From positions 161,014,001 to 161,078,000 of the forward strand of contig JBITNC010000001.1 of NCBI GenBank assembly GCA_050084985.1: a stretch of 64,000 nt of DNA, read 5' to 3'. This stretch comes from Nageia nagi. Lineage: Eukaryota > Plantae > Pinophyta. This document shows, piece by piece, positions 50,701-64,000 of the stretch. How positions within the stretch are numbered: the stretch's first letter is position 1; each line of letters opens with the position of its first letter. A program made the translations under genes and the position numbers. Below the pieces are notes generated by a model. It was given only the letters and a program-made list of their open reading frames with translations. It was not told the origin of the DNA and did not search any database.

Positions 50701-52600
50701 TTCAAGGATTATCTTAATAATTTAAGAGGATAACTTGAATCCTAATCAAGATAATAATTTGGCTGATCCAATATACATCACAACTTTGGAAAATAGTTAG
50801 TACTCCTCCTTATGAAAGTCTATTACTGATCAAGGCAAATTGGTTGAGGATTGGTAGGACTTGGGCTCCACCTTGCAAGCATCCAAGTGAAGGCCTAATT
50901 TTAGACAAGAAAATAAGCCTCAACTTTATCCCTCTCTACAACTATGGTACTTGGTTATGGAAAGTTTTGGATGTATGGAATATATATTATGCACATGTGA
51001 ATTTTTCTAAACAAGTTAAAGCATGTCTTTTTTATTATATTTGATCAAAATTTATCATGTATGGCTGATTAATCTAAATATGTATTAATTATTAAACTCA
51101 ACATGTATGATTGATTCATATTCTTACATTGCTTAACACTTTCACCTTCTTGTGTAGCAAATGGGAGACACCTTCTTACCCAAGCACATTCTTGATGGTT
51201 CTAACTATGGTATTTGGGAACCTCGGATGAAAGCTGAATTGAAGGTAAGAAAACTATAATAAATAGTTAATAAGAACCTAGTTGCTCCTACAGATGAGAA
51301 GGAACTTGAGTCCTACAACACAAAGAATGAGTTGAAAACCTCTATGATTTTTTGCTTGGTATCAGATGAAGTGCTGCTCATGATCTCTTCATCAACCTTT
51401 GCATAGGAATCTTGGTATAGGCTCATGAAAATATACCTAGGGTCTAAATTTTTAAGAAGGTTCACCATTCTCTAAACGTTGCTTCTATCTCATCAAGGGG
51501 AAGATGAAAATGTTACCATCTATTTGAATAAGATCATTAACCTTAGGACCCAACTTATTGGTTGTGTGTGCAATCAAATCAATGATGAGTTCGTGGTTTT
51601 CATCATTCTTCAAGACCTTTCTTCAAAGTTTAATAACTTTGTGACAGTTATTAAGACTAGACTTGATGATGAAGATGAAGTCTTCTCTCTTGATAACCTT
51701 TCAAGGCTCCTTTTAAAACATGAGAAAACTCTTAACAAAAGGGTGTTGATCTCTTCTTCAAAGGATAATAATGTTGCTCTAAGAGCAACCAAAACTCCTT
51801 TCAAAAAGAAGTTCAAGCATTAAAAGAAATCCTTTCTTATTACTTCCAATAAGTTTTAAAAGAAGGGCAAAAATAACTAGAAGAAAAGAGATGGAAAAGG
51901 CAAGACAAACAAACCAAATCCCAAGGCAAAATTCAATAGAAATTGTAACTTTTTTGGTGATTATGGTCACAAAGAATTTGATTGCTACAAAAAGAAAAGA
52001 GAAGAAAAGAACAAAGTAAATGAAAATATGAATAAATTCAAAGGGAACAAGAATATTAAAGATAGTTTTATTTCTGTTCTTTACTCCATGACTCACACTT
52101 TCTCGATTGATTGTATTATTGACTCTAGATGCACTAATCATATATACTTTAAAAAGGATAAGTTTGAAAATTTCATAAGTATAGAAATGATGCAATTGTG
52201 ATAGGTGATAATTCAATCTTTGAAGTCTAAGGGATTGAAAGTGTATTGATTCATGAAAAGGTTCTTGAAAATATGCTCTATGTACCTATCCTTTGTATGA
52301 ACCTTCTCTTCATAATTCAAGTTGCAGGAAAGGATATTTATTTGAGTTCAACTCACACTCACGGTGCATTAAGAAGGAACTTGTCACTTTAGTGAAAGGA
52401 TTAGTGAAAGATGATCTCTACATTATGGATTTGTATTCTTTTAGAATTGCACTCTAACTTGGGGTAACACACTATCATTCTTTTACTCTTTCATTCTTTT
52501 CAAAAAATTCTTTCTATTCCAACTTCCCTCCCTTTCACAAATAATTTGAGTCTCCTGTTAGTCTTAAGTTTGAAGAATTTGAAGTGATATCAACATTTAG
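47706..52600 (+). mobile_element. Ty1/copia element: 5' LTR (47706-48444), long leader, gag-PR; truncated or interrupted
   Basis: TGTAATCCCC...CA, then PBS tggtatcaagagc (48447-48459); gag from ATG 51161 (LDGSNYGIWEPRMKAEL, UBN2-type QGEDENVTIYLNKI...LSSKFNNFVTVI); knuckle-like CNFFGDYGHKEFDC (~51944); PR IIDSRCTNH (~52115); LENMLYVP (~52264); no INT or RT before the next LTR. Confidence 0.82.
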
Positions 52601-52604
52601 CTAT

Positions 52605-54367
52605 TGTATATATAAGTCTTGGTCTTTTATATTTTGCCTTATAAATTTATAGTCAAAGTCTAGCAGGTGTTACAATAACTCCAGGGGATATAAACCTTAA
52701 GTCATGTTAGTAGTCAAAAGAGCCAAGAACAATATGTATAGAAGAGTCATGTCTGGGAGTTGTTATAAATACATGTTCAAGAGTTATTGTAAATACATGT
52801 TCGAGAGTTATTGTAAATACATGTCTATTGTAAATGCAATGTTCAAGAGTTGTTGTAAAAGTGAATCCAAGTTATGTCCAAATAGTCAATGGGAGATGCT
52901 CAAAAGTAAATAGAACCTATTGATTTTCAACAATGATATTGTTATTTTTGGCTAAAATCCAAATAGTCAATGGGAGATGCTCAAAAGTAAATAGAACCTA
53001 TTGATTTTCAATAATGACATCATCATTTTTGGCTAAAATTAGTGGGTCCCAAAATAATTAATGATGAGTGAAGAATCATGAAGAAGTAAATAGAACCCAT
53101 CGATTTTCAATAGTGACATCATCATTTTTGGCTAAAATCAGCAAGTCCTGGAAGAAGTAATGGCAGGTGAAGATTCATGAAGATACCAAATAAAGCCTAT
53201 TGATTTTGAGTGATGAATTTAGAATTTTTAGCCAAAATCAATAGGTACTAAGGAGAGCTAGATCATCAATAAAGCCTAGAGAAAAGAAATAGAACCCACC
53301 AGACTAAGGTGAGAGTAATGGGTAAGAAGAAACACTTGGGTCCACTTGATCTTAAGTGTTAGACACCTGAGGCCCTATTAATTTGCCAAATTCAATTCAA
53401 TTCCACATAACAAGTGGTAATTTATTCTTAAAGTAACTTAATATATATTATTCATAGCCCCATTAATCTATTCAATCAAAACTACAGTACGGATCATCAA
53501 TGGTTGTAGAGAAGTAGATGACTGTTGATAGAGCAAAGTGCTAGATCGTGTTTATCAAATTACACATGAGTACTTCTTCAATCATCTGCAGTACCATCTT
53601 CAATCAACTACAAGACTAAAGTAGGAGTAGTCAATGACATGTCAGGAAGATTATGGCTCAATGGATATGATTGTTCATAAATTACAAATTTCTAAATAGT
53701 TATGTTGTTGGTACTTATTCATTATGTAATCTAACACAATTGTAATATTTATTGTAAATAGTTTTCTTCACCAGCTTCAAGTAAGATGAGTAATTATGTA
53801 TATTGATGATAGAAAACAACCTAAGAGGGCATGTAAATGTATAAATGGTAGACTATTTGAAATCAACATGGTCGAACATTCTAGCAAATTTGCCTAGGTC
53901 TGTAAGGTGCTTTTATACATGGTAATGCAAATAGATAATCCTTTACCCTCTTGAAACAAGAAATTGTTTATTGCTTCTATGAATATTATGTATGGAATGT
54001 TGTCTTAAGTTAAGGTTATGTATTATGATTATGAGACCCCAAAGGTAAGATAACATGCTATTCTTAATCTTGGCTATGGATTATTGCCTATGCTACAATG
54101 TTTGGGTTATATAGTTCTCATTTAAATATTTTAGTTTAATGTGTTTATCTCTTTCTAGTAACTCTCTACCTCTTATCTCTTTCATGTTACTTTAAACCTT
54201 TACAATAGATAGGAACCTATAACCCAAATATTGAGTAGAAAACCAATACGAGCGCATTCCCACCACCTTCTGCTCTTTGAAGGGATCTATTGTTATGGGA
54301 AATGAAGAACTCAATTAGACCAAACCCTTTGAGGTTGCATTATATCGATCAATAGTAAAAACTTTCA
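52605..54367 (+). repeat. 5' LTR of Tat-type gypsy (left boundary uncertain), with internal 24-bp and ~81-bp tandem repeats
   Basis: Ends ...actttCA, followed by PBS-like tggcatgttcgatgggac (54372-54389; resembles tRNA-Arg type TGGCACGCCCGGTGGGAC); repeats at ~52760-52860 and ~52878-53250. Confidence 0.6.
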
Positions 54368-57300
54368 TTTTTGGCATGTTCGATGGGACATAAACTAAAA
54401 TTCCATATTTAGAGAATGTAGATAGGCTAAATAGCCTTATCTAGTGTGCTATCAATTAGATTCTTCAAAGTTATACTATTCTTTTGACCTTATTAGCAAC
54501 TTTGTTATCAACCAATCAGTATTTTGAACCCTGGTACCTCTAGAATATAGAATTACTAAAAGTAGTGCTAGAAATTCCATTAGATAGCCTAGGTTTCAAG
54601 AGCTATCAATTCCTCATAGGAGGACTAAGTGAAATATTTTCGAAGTTGTATTCCTTGTAGTTCCTTTAAGGGTGATCCCACTATCAGCTGTATTTTATTC
54701 AATCCCTGAAAATCCTTCACTAGATACCAATACTTCAAGCATGGCTCAGCTAACCAATTTTCCTACTTGAAATAATGGTCATCTTTTGGTCATTATTGCT
54801 AACTACTCTACTATACCTTAAGCAACATTCAAAGTTTTACCTAAGTATGATGGGTCTAGTAAAACACTATATGAACATTGTTAAGATATATCTTTGTTAG
54901 ATTAAAGCTTTGATATCAATGATGAAATGATGATGACCAGGTTATTATCACACTCTTTTGAAAGCAAAACAGTTGAATGGTTCAAAAATCTCACACACCA
55001 ATCTATAAATTCATGGGGAGAGTTATGTCAAGCTTTAATTAAAAGATTTGCTATAGATGATGATGCTAGTACATTCTTTAGCCTTATAGCATGTATCAAA
55101 AGACATCCTCATGAGTGCATTGATGATTTCAATATCAAATTTGAGAGAACATAGAAATCTATTCCATTAAGAATGAGACCAAGTGCATAAGCTTTGGTAT
55201 ATTATACAAAGGCCTTTCTTTTGGACCTTAATATGCTTATTGTTATGTCAAGAGATACCTTCCCATATATTTAATAGATAGCAAAAACTTCTAAACATAC
55301 CTTGGTATCCTCTAAAAAGATGCAACTTAGAATCATTATGCCATTATTTCCTAACTTACCTCCTAAACAAGTTCCATAAATTGTTCATCTTGGATTTTTA
55401 GCCTTACCACCTCCTCCCAAACCTATCATCTAAAATCAGATACCAACATTACCTGCTCCTACATCAATTAATGCTAGTATTGATACTATGTATTAAGAAG
55501 AGGAAAGAATAAGGTAATTAGAGGTAACTATTAGGAACCTTACCAATAAGCTCACTCTGTAAGAAAGGCACAATCAAGATTTTAATTATAGAAGATATGA
55601 TAACCAGTATCAACCTAGATTCCAACCCAAGATGAACCAGCTAAAATAATCAAGTGTCCTCAAAATAATTAAAAATGCTATTATGACAAATTCTATAGAA
55701 AGTGATGCTTTGAGCATTACGAAATGGTGTTCCCCATGTTCAACTCTTCATTTTTCAAACTTGTGCAATTTATCAACATCAATATTTAGGATTACATTTA
55801 AACCAAATGGTGGAACCTACATTAGATCCTGTTACTGATCTCATCATGGTAAATTTTTGGCTTTTAGGATATGCTAAATAATAAGCTAATTATATTCAAA
55901 CTAGAGCTTCCTCCTTAATGGCTTTATAGCAACCCGAAAATACTCAACAAAATCGAGTATCTATTCTAGTAAAACTAGAACTAAAGAAAGCTAAGGCTCC
56001 CTTAACTAAGCCACATAATCAATAAGATCAATTATTGGCACATCTAAGCAGTGTTTCTTAGAATTTGAGTAGTGTTTCTCAGAATTTGGATACTAATATC
56101 CCTATTGAAACAAACCCCATTATGGCCAAAAAAGAAGTCCTAGAGAAGGAGAGACCTAATTCATTGAGGTATCCTTTTATTATAGATTATCATAAAAAAA
56201 GGCCACTCAAAAATTCAAAACACATAAACAAGCAAAATCAAGTAAGCTTATCTTATATACTCTATATAATATTGTGGAAGAACTAAAAAAAATCCTTCTA
56301 AGATGACTATGTTTAATGCATTAAAGATACCAAGTTAATTAGATCTTTTATAAGAAGCTTTGAAACTAAAGAATAATAAGAAAAGAGTAAATGAAGAAAA
56401 TGCCATCTTTGAAATATCTGATGATGTCCCTATAGCTCCCATAGGTATAAAGAGACACCCACCATTCTATCTATCCTTAAGATTAGAAGGTTGGGTAGTA
56501 AATAACTATATGATAGATACCAAAGCTGTAATAATTGTAATTCTTAAAGCTGTTACAAATGAAATAAAGTTGTACATTACAAGATATATTGATGGTGTCA
56601 TATAATTGGATTCTTCCTTTGTAGATGTTGTTGGTAGTGTTAAAAGATTTCTAATAACTTTGAATGCATTCCTTGATATTTATGTTATTCAAGATATCAT
56701 TATTTTTGATCTTCCACCTCTATTTGGAATATGTATATCCAAAGAATTCACTACAAAATTAAGAGGATACTTAGCTTACTATACTCATCTCTTACTTTCT
56801 TCCAAAATAAACAAGTAAAAAATTTAAATGAGAGAATCAAAAGTGTTCATCTTAAAAAGATCATAGAAGAAAATTGTTTGAATGGCCCTCAACCTATGTA
56901 AGTACTTGAAAGAGATACACATAGAGAATCACTCCTAACAACTGAAGTTATTTCAATAAATGATTTAAATTATCAAGTCACAGATGTTGACTTGGGTAAT
57001 TATTATTTATATGAAGATGCCCAACCAATCTCAATCACAGCTAAAAAGGAGCATGAGATATGGACGATGTACTTTGATGGATCCATATGTAGGCATAGAT
57101 GTGGAGATGGAGTTATGTTCAAATCCCCATAAGGACATATGAAAAGATTATTCTTCATATTCACATGGATTTGTACAAATAATATTGCTAATTATGAAGC
57201 CCTTTATTTAGGGTAATCTAAAAAGATCAATATAGGCATGAGATGTCTGATTATCCATGGTGATTCAGAATTCATTGTAAAGCAAGTTAAAGATTAGATT

Positions 57301-60300
57301 AGTTCAAAATATAATTATTTTAAGACCTATAGGAATAAAGTTTAGGATTTATTGGAGTCATTCTTAGCTATCAATTTTATATCTATTCTTAGTAGGTACA
57401 ACCAAATAGCTAATGCACTTACTGGTAAAGGGGCACATTACAACCTTATTCATAATAAAAAAGAAACTCTTGGAGTCAAAGTTCAATGTAGGCCTTTAGT
57501 ACCTGATGCTGCAATTTTTTGATAAGTATTTGATTACAATGAGCATATAATGAACTTCTTATTAGATGAAGTAGTAGGCCACACTTTTGGTATTCAAGAA
57601 TTACCTGACTATTTTCAAGAATCAGATGTTATCTAACTCTGAAATAATGTTATACTAAAAGGATTACTCTCTTTTAAAAGATTGTTTGATTCAAAAGATG
57701 TCTAGAAAGCTAAATCCTTATCCATCTAAAAGGAGAGTTATGTTGAGCTAGAAATAAAATCTGGTAGATATATAAAGATAGGTTCAGATTGTTTTGACAA
57801 AAAAAGGTTATTATATCTCAAATTTATCATGATTCCTTCAAAGCGATTGTCTAAACTTATGATGATCTTAAGACATATGATAAGAGTGTCATCCAACACA
57901 TAATTGAGCTTAAACTAGATGTGAAATAATATAAGCAAAAATAAAGGTAAGTTAACCCAAAAATAGAAAAAGCAATGAAACAAGAATTAATCAAGCTACT
58001 TGATTTAAAAATTATTTATCCTATAAAGCATTCTTCTTGGGAAAATTAGACTCTATGTTGATTTTAGAAATTTGAATCAAGTATCTCTCAAAGATAATTA
58101 TCCTCTCCCACTTATGGAATAGATCTTGCATACAATAGCCAGAGCTTGCTATTTTTTAATGATTGATGGCTACTTAGGATTTAACCAAATTTGGGTCAAA
58201 GATGAAGATCAATACAAAATTGCATTTACATCTAAATGGGGAATATTTGCTTTTCAAAGAATGCCTTTTAGTCTTTCTAATGTGGGAACTAATTTTCAAA
58301 GAGCCATGGATCATGCATTCAATAACCTGATAAATAAGATTATCTTAGTCTATCTAGATGATATTACAATATTCTTTAAGAGTAGTAAGGATCATCTAGA
58401 ACATCTCAGATAATTTTTTTAAAAATGCATGGAATTTTGTATTTCAATTAATCCAAAAAAATCTATTTTTATAGTTAACCAAGGAAAATTACTTGGCCAT
58501 ATTATCTTAGAGGAGAGATTAGTGATTAATCTAGACAAAGTGAAAGTTATTGAAACATTACCACTCCCCTCCAACAAGAAAGCCTTACAATAATTCCTTA
58601 GATCAATTTTGTTAGAAAATTTATTAATGATTTTTCAAAGATTGTATCCCTAATCACTTCAATGCTAAAGAAAGATATTGTATTCTTTTAATCAGATGCA
58701 GTAAATTTAGCTTTTAAAAAAATTAAAAAGGCTATAATAGAAGCTTTAGTACTTAAAAATCTTGATATGTCAAAATATTTCATCATGTATACATATGGAT
58801 CAGAAAGAAGCATTATCGTAATTCTAGCATAGAAAGATGATAAGAAATAAGAACATCTGATTGCCTTTCATAGCTAAACCTACATCAACACCAAAAAAGG
58901 TACTCATTTATTTAAAAAAAAATGTTTTCCATAATGAAAGGACTTAAGAAATTTAAGCATTATATCTCCCATAATAGAATCATTGTATTTACTATGCATC
59001 CAGATGTAAGAATTTATGTTATATAAGGAGACTTAGGTGAAAGAAAGGCTGGTTGGATTACTAAAATAATAGAATATGATATAGAAATTAAACCAACCAA
59101 GCTTATCAAAGGCCAAATCTATGTAAAAATATAGCTAAAGCTTCACATATAATTGTTATCATAGAGGATGAGCAGCAACTTAATGAAGAAAGTTATTGGA
59201 TTAAGCAAGTTATTTTTTATTTTCAAATCGGTAAATATCTTGAATCTTTGAATAAATTTTAGAGAAGGAGATTCAAGTTGCATGCCCTAAAATTTATGAT
59301 GATATATGACCATCTATATAGAAAGAAGTTTGATTAAACCCTATTAAGATGTGTGACTCATGATGAATCCTAGAGGATATTGCATGAATTTCATTATGGA
59401 TTCTCTAGAGGGCATTATAGTGGACCAACTACAATAGCGAAAATATTATAAGTTGGGTATTATTAGCCCACCATATTTCAAGATTCATTTAATATTGCCT
59501 GATAATGTGACAAATATAATTGATTTATGGGAAAAAGAAGGCAAGTTGCTATGCCTCTTAAACCTGTGGTAGTTGAGGAACCCTTCTAACAATGGGGTAT
59601 GGACTTTATTAGTGTTATAAATCCAAATTCCTTAATAGGCCATAAATTCATCTTGATTGTAATAAATTACTTTACTATATGGTTAGAATCTATGCCATGT
59701 AAAAATATATATCAAGAAGCGATGATAGAAATGATTAAAAGAATAATCACTCGCTTTGAAATCACATAGACTATTGTCTCAGATAATGGCCTAGCATTTA
59801 TTGGAAGTAACTTGTCAAACTTTGTTGTTGAATATGGGATATAGTGGTTATTCTCTTCAAATTAGTACCTAAAAGGTAATGGGTTAGTTGAATCAACTAA
59901 TAAAAACCTAACCTAGATTATCAAAAGAATAATCAAAGGGAATCCTAGATAGTGGCATACATAATTAGACTTTGCATTATGGGAAAATAGGATCAGCATT
60001 AAATTAGCAATCAAAACATCCCCATATTCATTGGTATGTGGCAAAAGACTTATTTGTCAATACATATTGAGTTATCGATATTAAAAATCTTGTAAGAAAT
60101 GGAGGACCATGACTTCGAACCACTACAATCCATGTATAACCAGCTCCTAAAGTTGGAGGAAGATCAGAACAAAGTATATGATTCATTTTAGCATCGCTAA
60201 TATATTGTCAAGAAATGGTTTGATAAGAAAAAGTCTTCTTGGGTGAAATTTGAACTAGGTGACATTATTCTCAAATGGGATGAGGAAAGAGCAAAACTCG

Positions 60301-61129
60301 AAAGACACCAGAAATTCAACTCTCTCTAGAGTGGACTTATATCATCACTCAAGCCATGCAAAGAAAGTAATGTAATCAAATTAGAAGATATCATCAAGTC
60401 CTAAAAATTACCTATTCCTATTAATAAGATCTATTTAATGCATTAACAAGTGATAAGATGATCTTGTAACACCCGTTAGAAATTGTATAGTGTGTGTGTA
60501 TATATATATATATAGTAGACTTGTACATCTCCTAGACATAGCTTTCAAGAAAGTAGGTAGTCGTTAATGCTTAACATTAATTTAGCATGATGTAGGGTTG
60601 ATGTCAGTACACTGCTAAGCTGTCAACTAAAGAGAACAACATTTAAGGAAATATTTTCTTAGATTCTCAAACCATCATACTATTACCCTAATTTAAAAGT
60701 AGCATGCTCCAAGTTGACATATCCAACCTATTGCCACCCAATCTGTATGATGCATAGATCTTGACATCCTAAGCATTAATTACCATTAATATATGTCAAT
60801 CATAAACCTTGGTTGAATAAAACATCCTTCTTACTCTCCTACTCAACACTTAGCCATTTTTGAGCATACAAGTTTCCATGGTATCTAGAGCATAGTGTTT
60901 GTAAAGCTGAATTGAGCAAGGAAACATAGAGTTGAAGGACCTTACAGAGTGTGGATTTAAAGTCCCAAATGCAAACTAGATGCTCCAAAAAGAGTGCTTA
61001 CACCATGATGACTTCCAAACCATCAACTCTAGTTGAAGTAGAATAAGTGGATGCCAACCTAATTACCATTCAAGAAGAATACCTCAAGAATGCTTTGGGG
61101 GTGAACTAGACTAAGATGGGGTTGATGAA

Positions 61130-64000
61130 CCATATTGATACATAGAGGGTTAATCCTAATTGCATCCTTTTGCAACATATGAGTCTTGAAGTCATTAAAA
61201 AATGGAAATCTTTAGCGCACTTAAAGAGAGATATCATGATTGACCAAGGCCTAGCTTATTATATGACTTATGAATCATTCACCTGTATCAAGCTATTGTA
61301 TTCAGTGGCACATAGGCATAACTAGCAAGGTTATGAAATAGGAATGTTCAAGGACCAAGAGCAGGGAGGAGAGTTAGAGCCAAAATTTGAAGTAATACTC
61401 GAATACTCCCCTAATTCTATTCTTCAAGCATTTTCTATCCCAACTGATTGGACTTTCCATGTGAAGAAATAAATAGATTTAAAAAGAGAGAAAGGTAATT
61501 TTTATAAAAATGAAGATGAAATGACTAGCTAGATTGGTGAAAGATATCAAGAAAGTAGAACCACACAACTCTGTTCAAGCTATGAGATAGCTCTATTTGA
61601 AAAGAAGGATACAAAGGTCTTACAGACACTAGTAGTAATTTTGGGGAAGAAAACCCAAATAGAAGTAGATGAAGCCATGGTGCATTTGGCTTACAATATC
61701 TCAGAAGCACACATTTGTTATGACTTCCTAGCCTTTATTTCTAATGAGATAAAAATATATCTTTTCAAAATTTAAAAATCAAACTTTAGACACTCTTCAT
61801 ATCTTTGGTGGCTTCTGGCATATCAAAACCTTGATAAACTTATGGAGGAAGGACTACCAATTCAATTGACAAACCCAAGTAATGGAATAGTACCAATTGA
61901 TTTAAGGGTTACAGTCTTGAGCAAGTTGCATGGATCATATTATGATTTCATGGATAAATTTTATATAATAATAGTATATATTTTAATAGGTAGGCTCCCT
62001 AGCAGACTACAGAAGAGCACTATCTGAGAGCTACAAGGAGGAAATAAGGTTGATGATTAGTATTTTCTCAAAGATCGTATCATGATTATGAGGTATGGAT
62101 ATTTTGAAAAACCCTTTTTCTTGCCAAAATATGTAACTTCTCAACTATATTCCATAGAGATGGGTAGAAAAATATGTGCCATAGAGACTAAGTATGGGTC
62201 TAGGGGTAGTTTCAAATCTATTGTAGATCTATCAACTTCTACTCAAAATTTGATTTTTTTAGAAGTAGGTTGTAAAGATAGTATAGCAGAATTTATTGTA
62301 CATAATTTTAAATTGGATAAGGAAAAATCCCCTTAGATGTATGACCCTTCAAGGAAGATGAAAAAAATAATAAGGTCAGGTAAGAAGCATCCAACCTTTG
62401 CCCATGAGTATAGACCTCATGTAGAATATTTTGTAAATAAAATTGAATAAGAAGCAGAAATGTACCTTGAATAGGAATTTATACCCCTAAAAAAGGCATG
62501 GATGACCCTTGAGGGGATAAAGAAATATAGGACCTAGGAAAATAAGGGATAAGATTTTGCTTTCAACCCATATGTCCTCTTCCAGTTAATAGATTTGGGT
62601 TGGGGCCTCAATAAAGTTCATTATTTCACAAGGTTTAGATTTGAACACATAATAAAGATCCATCATATTGAGAATGCATTATTTGAAAAATTCAAATATG
62701 ATAATTTTTGGGAGCTAGAGCACTCTAAAGACCCCTTACTAGAGTTGGACCAACCTCTTCCTCTTAATTTTTGAGGAAAAATAGTTACAAGAGTGAGACA
62801 AATAGAGGTTGGACAACCTTCTATCTTAGAAGAGCCTACAAATAAGGGAGAAAAAAACCCCTTAGATACTGCTACTACTTCCTGGGAGTCATATTCAAAA
62901 AAGAGAAGAAGAATTCAAATCCTTACTTAAAAATAACAAACCCTAAAAAAATTAGAAAAACCAGTAAAATAACCCCGCATAACACAACCCAGATCATAAA
63001 GGATTGTGCTTCCACCTTTGGAAATCATAGAAGAGACGTCAAAGGTTACAATAAAGGAGGTAGAGACCTTTGATATAGAGGAATTACAAGAGCCTTAGAA
63101 CATACAAAATGCTGCTCAAGAGGAAGCCTCACAAAAAGAGGAAGTCTCGTAAAAAGAAGTCCCAGAAAAAACACACTTGTAAATTCAACAAGGTGGGGGG
63201 AATATACTTGGAGTGAGAAGCTCTATAGTAGCTACACCCAAAGGCGTATTGGGTGATGATGATGATAATGAATTTGGGAATAAAGAGACTTTGTTCCAAT
63301 GGACAAGGTCAATGATGAAGATAAGATCATGGAGGACGTAGAAAAAGAAATAGAAATTCAAGATTCTATACCTCTAAAGCAATTAGAACCCATTCAATAG
63401 TTCACAGCATCCACCTCAGGTGTAAATACTCCTTGTTATTCTTTAATTCCTACAACCTCCTAGGAGGAGATTAAATTAATTTTTTCTATGTAAATTGTAG
63501 AACCCATTAATTGGGTAACTTTTGTTAATAAACCTCCTATGCTCCCTGAGCTACAATCGAGAATTTTGGGTAAGGTAGCAAAAATAGGAGATATTAAGAT
63601 AGCATATATGTCTTTTAAAGAAGAAAAACTAGATACTGCTCCCATAACTATCATTGATGTAAGTATATAGAGTGCTTCAATAATTGACCAATCCATATTT
63701 CTTATAAATACTTCAATGGTGATTGGTAAAAGTCTTCAAGCAATGGAGACTAAGATAGATAGATTAAATAATAAAATAGATCAATATAAAAAAGATTGAT
63801 CCCTTAAAGATAAAATAGTGATTGGGCTACAAAATAAAAATAAAGACCTACTCACAAAGCTTGATAAGCAAAAAATTAGAATTCGATAAGGGTTTGACAG
63901 AAATAAAGGCCGAGCTAAATAATGCAAATCATACCATACAAGATCTTAAAGCTCAAAATGCAATTATAGATGATGAAAAGATCAAGCAGATTGAGGTCAA
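61130..64000 (+). pseudogene. Accessory ORF downstream of integrase (sense), degenerate, with coiled-coil-like C-terminus
   Basis: Pieces IMIDQGLAYY...LLYSVAHR...ILEYSPNSILQAFSIP, FRHSSYLWWLLAYQN, IMRYGYFEKPFFLPKYVTSQLYSIEMGRK, an acidic linker, and heptad-rich sequence at 63740-64000. Confidence 0.6.

Larger units (their letters stand above)
52605..64000 (+). mobile_element. Decayed Tat-clade Ty3/gypsy: gag-PR-aRH-RT-RH-INT-accessory ORF; runs off the window
   Basis: gag ~54741-55750 (EWFKNLTHQSINSWGELCQALIKRF); PR ~56450-56820 (PPFYLSL...MIDTKA); aRH ~57061-57430 (WTMYFDGS...TNNIANYEAL); RT ~57900-58530 (DGYLGFNQI, RMPFSLSNVG, YLDD at 58351); RH ~58780-59110; INT ~59330-60390 (WGMDFI, VSDNG, GNGLVESTNK); many stops and frameshifts. 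Confidence 0.9.

Overview
Eukaryotic plant DNA, not prokaryotic. The AT-richness, giant TE-filled introns and retroelement types point to a gymnosperm (inference). The only host gene I can support is the 5' part of an RRP6-like 3 (DEDD 3'-5' exoribonuclease) gene on the minus strand. Its four coding exons (45275-45083, 30453-30212, 30122-30024, 4441-4358) splice in phase across GT-AG introns of 14.6 kb, 89 bp and 25.6 kb, and the gene continues beyond position 1. The introns hold four TSD-flanked solo-LTR-type units, two hAT transposase remnants, a MITE, LINE/SINE fragments, a degraded gypsy, and a Reina-like chromovirus (31445-42374, minus) with a 5.7-kb LTR element inserted in its RT. Upstream of the gene lie a truncated Ty1/copia and a heavily decayed Tat-type Ty3/gypsy with domain order gag-PR-aRH-RT-RH-INT plus an accessory ORF. 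Two things stand out. (1) The nested element 34062-39758 has intact LTRs, PBS, PPT and TSD but no recognisable RT or INT; instead it carries a 625-codon ORF of unknown function with an internal duplication, between a gag-like N-terminal remnant and a chromovirus-like C-terminal tail. (2) A group of long LTR-like units appears to carry a protein-coding ORF inside the TG...CA-bounded unit. All calls are from manual reading; no database searches were run.
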